Shown: positions 21,488-34,139 of the stretch, piece after piece
How positions within the stretch are numbered: the first letter of the stretch is position 1
Layout: each line of letters starts with the position of its first letter
NCBI GenBank assembly: GCA_052327205.1
Contig: CM126203.1
Coordinates: 153,078,001 to 153,142,000, forward strand
Source of the DNA: Somniosus microcephalus
Taxonomy: Eukaryota
DNA: 64,000 nucleotides
Reading direction: 5' to 3'
Program-made: the position numbers and the translations under genes
Notes under the pieces: generated by a model
Database searches by the model: none
Told to the model about the DNA's origin: nothing
What the model saw: the letters and a program-made list of their open reading frames with translations, nothing else

Positions 21488-24400
21488 AATGGCAGGGGGT
21501 TGGGAACCTGAGCAGGGAGACAGAGGAAAGGGAAACAAGGATAAAAGCAAAAGATAGGAAGGAGAAAAAAAAAAGTGGCAGTCAGAGAAATCAACGGTTT
21601 AAATCAAACATGGTCACAGTAAATAATAATTCTAATAGGTCTAAGAGCGTTAAAAAAACAAGCCTGAAGGCTTTGTGTCTTAATGCGAGGAGCATTCATA
21701 ATAAGGTGGATGAATTAGCTGCGCAAATAGAGGTAAACAAATATGATTTGTTTGGGATTACGGAAACATGGCTCCAGGGTGGCCAAATATTCAGGAAAGA
21801 TAGGCAAAAAGGAAAGGGAGGTGGGGTAGCATTGCTGGTTAAAGAAGGGATTAACACAATTGTAAGGAAGGATATTAACTCTGATGATGTGTAATCTGTA
21901 TGGGTAGAACTGAGAAATACCAAGGGGCAGAAAATGTTAGTGGGAGTGGTATATAGACCTCCAAACAGTAATGTGGAGGTTGGGGATGGCATTAAAAGGG
22001 AAATTAGAGAAGCGTGCAATAAGGGCACAGCAGTCATCATGGGTGACTTTAATCTACATATAGATTGGGCTAACCAAATTAGTAACAATACTGTGGAGGA
22101 GGAATTCCTGGAGTGTTTATGAGATGGTTTCCTGGACCAATATGTCGAGGAACCAACTAGAGATCAGGCCATCTTAGACTGGGTATCATGTAATGAGAAA
22201 GGATTAATTGGCAATCTTGTTGTACGAGGCCCCTTGGGTCGGAGCAATCATAATATGATAGAATTCTTCATTAAGATGGAGAATGAAGTAGTTGACTCAG
22301 AGACTAGGGTCCTGAATTTAAATAAAGGAAACTACGATGGTCTGAGGCGCGAGTTGGGTAGGATTGATTGGGGATGGTCACTCAAAGGGTTGACGGTGGA
22401 AAGGCAATGGCAAACATTCAAAGGCTGCATGGATGAACTACAGAGTTTGTTCATCCCTGTTTGGCATAAAAATAAAACAAAAAAGGTGACTCAACCGTGG
22501 CTAACAAGGCAAATTAGGGATAGCATAAGATCCAAGGAGAGGACATATAAATTGGCCAGAAAAAGCAGTAAACCTGAGGATTGGGAGCAGTTTAGGATTC
22601 AACAAAGGAGGACAAAGGGATTAATTAAGAAGGGGAAAATAGAATATGAGAGTAAGCTTGCAGGGAACATAAAAACTGACTGTAAAAGCTTTTATAGATA
22701 TGTGAAGAGAAAAAGATTGGTGAAGTCAAGCGTAGGTCCCTTGCAGTCAGAATCAGGGGAATTTATAATGGGAAACAAAGAAATGGCTGACCAATTAAAT
22801 ACATATTTTGGTTCTGTCTTCACAAAGGAGGACACAAATAACCTCCCAGAGATGTCGGGGAACATAGGGTCTGGCGAAAGGGAGGAACTGAAAGAAATCA
22901 GTATTTGTAGGGAAATGGTGTTAGGGAAATTGACGGGATTGAAGGCCGATAAATCCCCAGGGCCTGATAATCTACATCCTAGGGTACTTAAGGAAGTGGC
23001 CCTAGAAATAGTAGATGCATTGCTGATCATCTTCCAACATTCGATGGAATCTGGAACAGTACCCATGGATTGGAGGGTAGCTAATGTTATCCCACTATTC
23101 AAAAAAGGTGGTAGAGAGAAAATGGGGAATTACTGACCGGTAAGCCTGACATCAGTCGTGGGGAAAATGCTAGAGTCCATTATAAAAGATGTAATAGCAG
23201 AGCACTTGGAAAACAGTGACAGGATTGGACAAAGTCAACATGGATTTACAAAAGGTAAATCGTGCTTGACTAATCTACTGGAATTTTTTGAGGATGTATC
23301 TGGTAAAATAGATAAGGAAGAACCAGTGGATGTGGTGTATTTGGAATTTCAGAAGGCTTTCGATAAGGTCCCGCATAAGAGATTAGCGTGTAAAGTTAAG
23401 GCACATGGGCTTGGGGGCAAGGTATTGACTTGGATAGAGAACTGGTTGGCGGACAGAAAGCATTTATGATCTAGACAAGGGAACTAGATGTATTATCTCC
23501 AAGTTTGCAGACGACACAAAGCTGGGTGGGCGTGTGTGCTGTGAGGAGGATGCCGAGAAACTCCAGGATGATTTGGACAGGTTGGGTGATTGGTCAGAAG
23601 CATGGCAGATGCAATATAACGTGGATAAATGTTAGGTTATCCACTTTGGTGGCAAAAACAGGAAGGCAGATTATTATCTGAATGGCAATAGATTGGGAGA
23701 AGGGAAAGTGCAACGAGGCCTGGGTGTCCTTGTGCACCAGTCACTGAAGGTAAGCATGCAGGTGCAGCAGGCAGTTAAGAAGGCAAATGGTATGTTGGCC
23801 TTCGTAGCGAGAGGGTTTGAGTACAGGAACAAGGATGTCTTGCTGCAGTTGTACAGGGCCTTGGTGAGACCACATCTTGAGTATTGTGTGCAGTTTTGGT
23901 CGCCTTATCTGAGGAAGGATGTTCTTGCCATGGAAGGAGTTCAGCGAAGATTCATCAGGCTGATACCTGGGATGGCAGGAATGACGTATGAAGAGAGATT
24001 GGGTTGATTGGGCTTATACTCGCTGGAGTTTAGAAGAATGAGAGGGGATCTCATTGAAACTTATAAAATTCTGACAGGACTGGACAGACTAGATGCAGGA
24101 AGGATGTTCCCGATGGTCGGGGAGTCGAGAAACAGGGGTCACAGTCTAAGGATAAGGGGTAAGCCATTTAGGACAGAAATGAGGAGGAATTTCTTCACCC
24201 AGAGAGTGATGAACCTGTGGAATTCTCTGCCACAGAAGGCAGTAGAGGCCAATTCATTAAATATATTCAAGAAGGAGTTGGATTTACTTCTTAAGGCTAA
24301 AGGGATCAAGGGGTATGGGGAGAAAGCAGGGACAGGGTACTGAATTTGGATGATCAGCCATGATCGCATTGAATGGCGGAGCAGGCTCGAGGGGCCGAAT

Positions 24401-25419
24401 GGCCTACTCCTGCTCCTATCTTCTATGTTTCTATGTTTCTATGAGTCCCTCATCTCACCGGCACAGAAAGCAGAATGGCCGCGAGTTGTCAAAAGTTGCA
24501 GCATTCAGCTTTCTGTTCTGGAGAAATCTCTAAATCAGCCTGAGAGGAAGGAATTAACTTACTGTACAGATTGTCAGTGTTTGACAGCTTCAAAGAGCTG
24601 TCCAACACTGATATTTCATCTGTCAAAAGCTCTTGACAGATGAAATGTCAATCTGTGAAGTCACCTGTTGCCGGGTGGCCCTTAATTGGCCTGCTGAGCC
24701 TGCTGGGCGGGCTTAACAAGGTCAATCAAGTGAAAATCGCGTGGGTTGGCCACAACTCAATGGAGGCGGGACTACAACCCCAAAAGTTGTAGTCCCGTCT
24801 CCTACATGCCTCCAGTATCAAAATCCAGCCCCTCGAGTCTCTTCGCTGAGAGCAAACGGAAGCCAAGCGTAAGGAGCGCACGTCAACGCAAGCACCCCAC
24901 CCACCCGCCCCTTCAACCACTGTCTGCCCCACCTGTGACAGAGACTGTAGGTCCCGCATTGGACTCATCAGTCACCTCAGAACTCATTTTTAATGTGGAA
25001 GCAAGTCATCCTCGGTTCCGAGGGACTGCCTAAGAAGAAGAAGCTTCACGCCGTCAATTGTACTCTGCACCCATGGGAACCCAGCTAGTCTGGGCTACAT
25101 TTATTTGCACCACAAGTGGGTTGGACCAGGTTTCTGATTGGTCCCCTTGGAGGACAAGACACACCCAACAGTTTGTCCAGAATGTGTAATTTGATCCTGC
25201 CTGCTGGAGAGTAATTGAAGGTCTCTGCAATGTGTAATTTGATCCAGTCATTGTCACAGGCAGGCTCCCCGAGCCAATCTGCTCCAGTGCAGCCATGATA
25301 GTGGCATCTACCTGTTAATGTGGAGGGTCACCTAGAAAAGGAAGACAACTCTCACATGGCCACATATGGCCTGCCCTATCGACCTCCTCCCAATCATCAG
25401 TTGAGTGATATAATATAAA

Positions 25420-25530
25420 TTGCTGGAAATGCTCAGCTAGTCAGGCAGCATCTGTGGAGAGAGAACGTGAAAAGTTAACTCTTTCTCTTTCCATAAATGC
25501 TGCCTGATTTGCTAAGTATTTTGTTTTTGA
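25420..25530. mobile_element. Short foldback remnant resembling the Penelope pLTR
   Basis: Inverted arms CAGGCAGCATCTGTGGAGAGAGA / TCTCTTTCCATAAATGCTGCCTG; similar to 47555-47600. Confidence 0.55.
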
Positions 25531-26049
25531 ATCAGCAGAATGATAGTAGGAATCAGCAATGGTGCCATCAGACAACACCTGCACTCCGCTGAGCTGTTCA
25601 CCAATGCTAAGTTCAGGTTGACGTGTGGGCCCCTTCAAAAATGTGACGCCATGAACGAGCGATGCAAGATCATGTGGGATGCTGTAGCCATTTCTCTGAG
25701 GCTGAATTTGACAAATTCACAGCATTGACTATTTTACATAATTTGAGCTGTAAGGTTGTTTGAGTGAGGCACATTTCATTCAACAGGTGAGGGTGCGTCA
25801 TTGCAAGTGACATCACTAGCAGAACCAGAGATTTTTAGCATGCGCTGAGAATGACATCATTGAGTGGCCTGGCTCATGCGCAGGATGACATCACAGATCA
25901 ACCAGATACCAGAGGTAACCACACTGTCGCTAATCACTCTGTCAAACTAAACACTCTGGGTGAGAGCTGCGGTGACTGATGGGACATTGTGTGCGGGTCA
26001 CTGATTGTTAACAGATTTATTGGGTAGGAAGTGAATAGTGACAGTGTCA

Positions 26050-29000
26050 TGACTTCCGGATTTCGTCCAATCCAATGATGTCACTTGCCACACATGCACT
26101 GGGCTTTCCGAGAAATCAACTCACTGCCATTCATGGTCAAGAGTGTGATCCAGGCCTAGGGGAGAGGAGAGGGAGAACTCAGGTGAGAAAAGGTCAGGAG
26201 TTCTCCTTCTCCTCCCCCCTAGACCTGGATCACACTCTTGACTATGAACAGCAGTGAGTTGATTTCTGGGCAAGCCCGGCCCATACTGCAGGTATAAAGG
26301 GGGTGGGGTTGGATGAATGTGATCCAGGTCTAACAGAGGCGGGAGAACTTGATCCGTCTTCCCATCTGGATCATGTTCTGGCCCTGATTCCCCCAACCTT
26401 TAGACCTGGATCACCTTCTTCCCCCATCCCCCCGTTCTCTCCGTGCTCCTCCCAATGAGTTCCTGACCTTCTCCCCCCGGCCACCCGAGCTCCTGACCTT
26501 CTGTCCCCATCCCCGAGCTCCTGACCTTCTCTCCCCCTGCCCCAGCTCCTGACCTTCTCTCCCCCCCACCCCGAGCTCCTGAACTTCTCCTCACCCCCAC
26601 CCCGAGCTCCTGACCTTCTCTCCCCCCGCCCCAGCTCCTGACCTTCTCTCCCCCCCACCCGAGCTCCTGACCTTCTCCTCACCCCCGCCCCGAGCTCCTG
26701 ACCTTCTCCTCACCCCCACCCTGAGCTCCTGACCTTCTCCTAACACCCCACCCCGAGCTCCTGACATTCTCCTCACCCCCACCCCGAGCTCCGGTCCTTC
26801 TCCTCACCCCCACCCCGAGCTCCTGACCTTCTCCTCACCCCCAGCCCAGCTCCTGACTTTCTCCTCACCCCCACCCCGAGCTCCTGACCTTCTTCTGACC
26901 CCCCACCCGAGCTCCTGACCTTCTCCTCACCCCCCACCCAGCTCCTGACCTTCTCATCACCCCCAGCCCAGCTCCTGACTTTCTCCTCACCCCCACCCCG
27001 AGCTCCTGACCTTCTTCTGACCTCCCACCCCGAGCTCCTGACCTTCTCATCACCCCCACCCCAGCTCCTGACCTTCTCCTCACCCCCACCCCGAGCTCCT
27101 GACCTTCTTCTGACCCCCCACCCCGAGCTCCTGAACTTCTCCTCACCCCCCACCCAGCTCCTGACCTTCTCCTCACCCCCACCCCGAGCTCCTGACCTTC
27201 TCCTCACCCCCCATCCCGAGCTCCTGACCTTCTCCTCACCCCCACCCCGAGCTCCTGACCTTCTCCTCACCCCCCACCCCGAGCTCCAGAACCCCCATCC
27301 CGAGCTCCTGACCTTCTCCTCACCCCCCACCCTGAGCTCCTGACCTCCTCACCCCCCACCCCGAGCTCCTGACCTTCTCCTCACCCCCAGCCCCAGCTCC
27401 TGACCTTCTCCTCACCCCCCACCCCGAGCTCCTGACCCCCCATCCCGAGCTCCTGACCTTCTCCTCACCCCCACCCCGAGCTCCTGACCTTCTCCTCACC
27501 CCCACCCCGAGCTCCTGACCTTCTCCTCACCCCCACCCCGAGCTCCTGACCTTCTCCTCACCCCCCACCCCGAGCTCCTGAACCCCCATCCCGAGCTCCT
27601 GACCTTCTCCTCCCCCCAACCCTGAGCTCCTGACCTTCTCCTCACCCCCACCCCGAGCTCCTCACCTTCTCCTGACCCCCCACCCCGAGCTCCTGACCTT
27701 CTCCTCACCCCCACCCCGAGCTCCTGACCTTCCCATCACCCCCACCCCCAGCTCCTGACCTTCTCCTCACCCCCCACCCCAAGCTCCTGACCCCCCATCC
27801 CGAGCTCCTGACCTTCTCCTCACCCCCACCCCGAGCTCCTGACCTTCTCCTGACCCCCCACCCCGAGCTCCTGACATTCTCCTCACCCCCACCCCGAGCT
27901 CCTGACCTTCTCCTCACCCCCACCCCGAGCTCCTGACCTTCTCCTCACCCCCACCCCGAGCTCCTGACATTCTCCTCACCCCCACCCCGAGCTCCTGACC
28001 TTCTCCTCACCCCCACCCCGAGCTCCTGACATTCTCCTCACCCCCACCCCGAGCTCCTGACCTTCTCCTCACCCCCCACCCCGAGCTCCTGATCTTCTCC
28101 TCACCCCCACCCCAGCTCCTGACCTTCTCCTCACCCCCACCCCGAGCTCCTGACCTTCTCCTGACCCCCCACCCCGAGCTCCTGACCCCCCACCCCGAGC
28201 TCCTGACCCCCCACCCCGAGCTCCTGACCTTCTCCTCACCCCCACCCCGAGCTCCTGACCTTCTCCTCGCCCCCCACCCCAGCTCCTGACCTTCTCCTCA
28301 CCCCCACCCCGAGCTCCTGACCCCCCACCCCGAGCTCCTGACCTTCTCCTCACCCCCACCCCGAGCTCCTGACCTTCTCCTCACCCCCCACCCCAGCTCC
28401 TGACCTTCTCCTCACCCCCACCCCGAGCTCCTCACCCCCCACCCCGAGCTCCTGACCTTCTCCTCACCCCCACCCCAGCTCCTGACCTTCTCCTCACCCC
28501 CACCCCGAGCTCCTGACCTTTTCCTCACTCCCACCCCGAGCTCCTGACCTGCTCCTCACCCCCCACCCCGTGCTCTTGACCTTCTCCTCACCCCCCACCC
28601 TGAGCTCCTGACCCCCCACCCCGAGCTCCTGACCTTCTCCTCACCCCCCACCCCAGCTCCTGACCTTCTCCTCACCCCCACCCGAGCTCCTGACCTTCTC
28701 CTCACCCCCCACCCCGAGCTCCTGACCTTCTCCTGACCCCCCACCCCGAGCTCCTGACCTTCTCCTCACCCCCACCCGAGCTCCTGACCTTCTCCTCACC
28801 CCCCACCCCGAGCTCCTGACCTTCTCCTCACCCCCCACCCCGAGCTCCTGACCTTCTCCTCACCCCCCACCCCGAACTCCTGATCTTCTCCCCCCCACCC
28901 TGAGCTCCTGACCTACTCTCCCCCCACCCCGAGCTCCTGACCTTCTCTCCCCCCACCCCGAACTCCTGACCTTCTCTCCCCCCACACCCTCTGATCCCCT

Positions 29001-29177
29001 GTCCTCGCCCCACTCCGATCACCTGACCTTCTCCTGGCAAAAGACACCTGGCATGCGCGGCTCCGGTGCCTGGGCAGGACGGTGTTTCGGCTCGGCCCAG
29101 AGGGCTCGGCTCTGCCCCATACAGGTGCACATGCACAGAACAACTCAAACTTGTTCGTGCAAAGTCACTCCGGCTAG
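26050..29177 (+). mobile_element. Unnamed foldback element with internal minisatellite and Helitron-like 3' end; 5' boundary unresolved
   Basis: Hairpin TGCACAGAACAA/TTGTTCGTGCA (29132-29161), 12-nt spacer, then CTAG|T (29174-29178). Large palindromes at 26101-26277 and 26315-26418. Partial homolog at 2711-2910. Confidence 0.55.
26460..29030. repeat. C-rich minisatellite, unit ~31-33 bp (CCCCACCCCGAGCTCCTGACCTTCTCCTCAC)
   Basis: Directly visible ~2.5-kb array with shorter ~20-bp variant units. Confidence 0.97.
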
Positions 29178-30062
29178 TCTGTAGAATTGGGTTGCGCTCT
29201 CTCCTTTTATTTTGCAGGTTTCATGGAGAAATTAATACAGTGAGACGCCTGCCTGAAGAGAGTGACATAGATTTTACAGAGAACACCTGTGGCTGCCTGG
29301 AATGAATCAAGCACTGAAAAATATCAATGTAGTGGTCACTTTCTCAGCCACAGATAACGCTACACTCTGCATGGGCTGCAACTCTTCTGCCAGCATCGGG
29401 CATAATTCCCTGGAAACATCCAAAGGAAGTACAGCCTTCTGATGCATTGATGGGCTGTGAAATCTAGCTGAGAGTGGTGAGGTCTGTAAACCCTGTGGGG
29501 AGGGTATCTACAGGTTGGAAGCAACCATATTTGGTGAAAGCTATTCCCCCCACCAAAAGTTCAAATTTTCAATCACGTTGCAGAACTAACAGTCCAAAGA
29601 TCACTGTCCTGATGAAGCCTGATAGAGCTATAATAACTTCAGCAAATCTGGCTCCAGCTAGCAGTACCATCTCTGGGATGACACTCTCTGATACTGGCCA
29701 TTATGTACTGACGAGTTAATGGTGGGTGGGTTAGAAATGGAAACAAACACAAATTAAACATGCCCACCCACCTTCATTTATATGCAGCTGGGTGGACGGT
29801 GTCATCAGCTGGATTCGAAAGAAAAATTATTTTTGGCAGTTAGCAAAATGTGCAAGTTCTAAAAGACATTCAGTGATGTGTACCTGTGACAAAACACTTG
29901 CTTTGGGTGTTTTTTTATTGCAGTTCGCTGCTGTTGTGACGAGTTTACTTCACTAGTATTCCAACAGCATACCAAACTACCCTATTTGCCTTCAGTTAAT
30001 GTCATCAACCCTAAAAAAAACTACCTGAAAATGGGCTGGTTTCACAAGGAAAATCCATGCGT

Positions 30063-33000
30063 ATAGAAACATAGAAACATAGAAGATGGAGCAGGAGTAG
30101 GCCATTCGGCCCTTCGAGCCTGCTCCGCCATTCAATGAGATCATGGCTGATCATCCAAATTCAGTACCCTGTCCCTGCCTTCTCCCCATATCCCTTGATC
30201 CCTTTAGCCTCAAGAAATATATCCAACTCTTTCTTGAATATATTTAATGAACTGGCCTCCACCGCCCTCTGTGGCAGAGAATTCCACAGGTTCACCACTC
30301 TCTGGGTGAAGAAATTCCTCCTCATTTCAGTCCTAAATGGCTTACCCCTTATCCTTAGACTATGACCCCTGGTTCTGGACTCCCCGGCCATTAGAAACAT
30401 CCTTTCTGCATCTAGTCTGTCCAGACCTGACAGAATTTTATAGGTTTCGATGAGATCCCCTCTCAATCTTCTAAACTCCAGTGAGTATAAGCCCAATTGA
30501 CACAATCTCTCCTCCTACGTCATTCCTGCCATCCCAGGTATCAGCCTGGTGAATCTTCGCTGCACTCCCTCCTTCCGAAGAACGTCCTTCCTCAGGTAAG
30601 GTGACCAAAACTGCACACAATACTCAAGGTGCGGTCTCACCAAGGCCCTGTACAACTGCAGCAAGACATCCTTGTTCTTGTACTCGAACCCTCTTGCTAC
30701 GAAGGCCAACATACCATTTGCCTTCTTAACCGCCTGCTGCACCTGCATGCTTACCTTCAGCGACTGGTGCACAAGAACACCCAGGTCTCTTTGCACTTCC
30801 CCTTCTCCCAATCTATTGCCATTCAAATAATAATCTGCCTTCCTGTTTTTGCCACCAAATTGGATAACCTCACATTTATCCACGTTATAGTGCATTTGCC
30901 ATGTTTCTGCCCAATCACCCAACCTGTCCAAATCGTACTGGAGTTTCATGACATCCTCCTCGCAGCATACCTTCCCACCCAGCTTTGTGTCATCTGCAAA
31001 TTTGGAGATATTATATCCAATTCCCTCGTCCAGATCATTAATATATATTGTGAACAGCTGGGGTCCTAGGACCGATCCTTGCGGTACCACACTAGTCACT
31101 GCCTGCCACTCGGAAAACGACCCGTTTATTCCAACTCTTTGCTTTCTGTCCGCCAACCAGTTCTCTATCCAAGTCAATACCTTGCCCCCAATCCCATGTG
31201 CCTTAATTTTGCACGCTAACCTCTTATGCGGGACCTTATCGAAAGCCTTCTGAAAGTCCAAATACACCACATCCACTGGTTCTCCCTTATCTATTTTACC
31301 AGTTACATCCTCAAAAAATTCCAGTAGATTAGTCAAGCATGATTTACCTTTTGTAAATCCATGTTGACTTTGTCCGATCCTGTCACTGCTTTCCAAGTGC
31401 TCTGCTATTACATCTTTTATAATGGACTCTAGCATTTTCCCCACTACCGATGTCAGGCTTACCGGTCTATAATTCCCTGCTTTCTCTCTGCCACCTTTTT
31501 TGAATAGTGGGGTAACATTAGCTACCCTCCAATCCATGGGTACTGTTCCAGAGTCTATCGAGTTCTGGAAGATGACCAGCAATGCATCTACTATTTCCAG
31601 GGCCACTTCCTTAAGTACCCTGGGATGTAGATTATCAGGCCCTGGGGATTTATCGGCCTTCAGTCCCATCAATTTTCCTAACACCATTTCCCTACAAATA
31701 CTGATTTCTTTCAGTTCCACCCTTTCATCAGATCCTATGTTCCGCAGTATTTCTGGGAGGTTATTTGTGTCCTCCTTTGTGAAGACAGAACCAAAATATG
31801 TATTTAGTTGGTCTGCCATTTCTTTGCTCCCCATTATAAATTCCCCCGATTCTGACTGCAAGGGACCTACGCTTGACTTCACCAATCTTTTTCTCTTTAC
31901 ATATCTATAAAAGCTTTTACAGTCAGTTTTTATGTTCCCTGAAAGCTTACTCTCATATTCTATTTTCCCTTTCTTAATTAATTCCTTTGTCCTCCTTTGT
32001 TGAATCCTAAACTGCTCCCAATCCTCAGGATTATTGCTTTTTCTGGCCAATTTGTATGTGCTCTCCTTGGATCTTATGCTATCCCTAATTTCCCTTGTTA
32101 GCCACGGTTGAGTCACCTTTTTTGTTTTATTTTTATGCCAAACTGGGATGAACAACTTCTGTAGTTCATCCATTCGGTCTTTGAATGTTTGCCATTGCCT
32201 ATCCACCATCAACCCTTTGAGTGCCATTCCCCAATCAATCCTACCCAACTCGCTCCTCAGACCATCGTAGTTTCCTTTATTTAAATTGAGGACCCTAGTT
32301 TCTGAGTCAACTATTTCATTCTCCATCTTAATGAAGAATTCGATCATATTATGATCGCTCCGACCCAAGGGGCCTCGTACAACAAGATTGCTAATTAATC
32401 CTTTCTCGTTACATAATACCCAGTCTAAGATGGCCTGATCTCTGGTTGGTTCCTCGACATATTGGTCCAGGAAACCATCCCGTAAACACTCCAGGAATTA
32501 CTCCTCCACAGTATTGTTACTAATTTGGTTAGCCCAATCTATATGTAGGTTAAAGTCACCCATGATGACTGCTGTGCCCTTATTGCACGCTTCTTTAATT
32601 TCCCTTTTAATGCTATCCCCAACCTCCGCCTTACTGTTTGGAGGTCTATATACCACTCCCACTAATGTTTTTTTCCCCTTAGTATTTCTCAATTCTACCC
32701 ATACAGATTCCACCTCATCAGAGTTAATATCCTTCATTACAATTGTGTTAATCCCTTCTTTAACCAGTAATGCTACCCCTCCTCCCTTTCCTTTTTGCCT
32801 ATCTTTCCTGAATATTGAATACCCCTGGATGTTGAGTTCCCAGTCTTGGCCGTCCTTGAGCCACGTTTCCGTAATCCCAACCAAATCATATTCGTTTACC
32901 TCTATTTGCGCAGCCAATTCATCCACCTTATTACAAATGCTCCTCGCATTAAGACACAAAGCCTTCAGGCTTGCTTACTTAACGCTCTTAGCCCTATTAG

Positions 33001-33449
33001 AATTATTATTTACTGTGGCCACGTTTGATTTAAACTGTTGATTTCTCTGACTGCCACTTTTGTTTTTCTTCTTCCTATCTTTTGCTTTTATCCTTGTTTC
33101 CCTTTCCTCTGTCTCCCTGCTCAGGTTCCCAACCCCCTTCCATTTTAGTTTAAACCCTCCCCCAGAGCAGTAGCAAACACTCCCCCTAGGACATCGGTTC
33201 CAGCCCTGCCCAGGTGCAGACCGTCCGGTTTGAACTGATCCCACCTCCCCCAGAACCAGTTCCAATGCCCCAGGAACTTGAATCCCTCCCCCTGGCACCA
33301 TTCCTCTAGCCACGTATTCATCTGAAGTATCCTTCTATTTCTACTCTGACTAGCACGTGGCACTGGTAGCAATCCTGAGATTACTACCTTTGAGGTCCTG
33401 TTTTTTAATTTACCTCCTAACTCCCTATATTCCGCTTTTGGGACCTCAT
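30063..33449 (-). mobile_element. 5'-truncated CR1 LINE (CR1-D), same subfamily as CR1-C
   Basis: ORF1 C-terminus 33145-33449; ORF2 pieces 32959-32498, 32368-30515, 30505-30161 (PQGSVLGP, FADD); (TTTCTATG)n tail. Confidence 0.95.
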
Positions 33450-34090
33450 ATAAGTCTGAAGCTGTCATGCTGAAGTTATATTGTGTTCTGTTGAGGCTAC
33501 ACCTTGAGTACAATGTTCAGTGCTGCTCACCAAAGCACGAAGCAAAAGGAGAGGGGCTTTATAAAGGTATATAAGAAACTAAGTGGAATAGAAAAAGTTA
33601 GTCTGGGGAACCCATTTCATTTAGATTACAGCTGCAGGATAAGGGACATAGATGACTAATTGAAATAGACTTCCAGGTAGGGTAGTGGAATCATAAACTG
33701 TGGAATCATTCAAGAGTCAGTTGGATCCTATGATGGTGAAACTAGACACAGAATTACAGAGTGTACAACACAGAATCAGGCTATTCAGCCCAGCTGGTTC
33801 ATGCCCGTGTTGGCGCTCCACACGAGCTTCTCCCACCCCTCTTCATCTAACCCCATCAGCATAACCTTCTATTCCTTTCTCCCTCATGTGTTTATTTAGC
33901 TTCCCCTTAAATGCATCTATGCTATTTGCCCCAACAACTCCCTGTAGTAGCGAGTTCCACATTCTAACCACTCTCTGGGTAAAGTGGACTCTCCTGAATT
34001 CCCTACTGCATTTATTAGTGACTATCTTATATCTTATAATAATAGGCTTCTATGAAAGGATGAACTAGCTGGACTAAATGGCATCCACGA
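33450..34090. mobile_element. Old CR1 remnants (+ strand ~33450-33740; - strand 3' fragment ~33748-34030)
   Basis: YKSEAVMLKLYCVLLRLHLEYNVQCCSP on +; ACCACTCTCTGGGTAAAG is the FTQRVV motif on -. Confidence 0.65.
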
Positions 34091-34139
34091 TCAGAATTTA
34101 ACTTTATAAATACACCACAAATCCTTCCAGCATGCCATT

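Larger units (their letters stand above)
19690..24443 (+). mobile_element. Full-length CR1 LINE (CR1-C), ORF2 disrupted
   Basis: Repetitive GC-rich 5' UTR; ORF1 20537-21487; ORF2 pieces to 24343 with stops and a deletion removing PQGSVLGP near 23460; (TTTCTATG)n tail. 5' boundary approximate. Confidence 0.93.
19179..24831. mobile_element. Non-autonomous Harbinger element inserted in the RTE and split by CR1-C
   Basis: TIR GGGCAGGATTTT / AAAATCCAGCCC; 3-bp TSD CTC at 19176-19178 and 24832-24834. Confidence 0.9.
18988..25046 (+). mobile_element. 5'-truncated RTE-clade LINE, split (18988-19178 and 24835-25046)
   Basis: LPKQVFYSELRHGKRAPGGQRKCFKDTLKASLKKC is the RTE C-terminus; (AAG)n tail; 15-bp TSD CATGCCATCAATTGT (18973-18987) / CACGCCGTCAATTGT (25047-25061). 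Confidence 0.92.

Noticed and set aside
26460-29030. ~32-bp periodicity suggestive of a CRISPR array
   Set aside because: No unique spacers, units are contiguous, context is eukaryotic, and there are no cas genes.
26371-29148. Many Gly/Arg-rich ORFs (MGVRRRSGARGGG...)
   Set aside because: Artefacts of the C-rich tandem array.
29218-29305. Strong splice acceptor CTCTCCTTTTATTTTGCAG followed by a short frame
   Set aside because: No recognisable protein and no convincing donor; could be a non-coding exon but unsupported.
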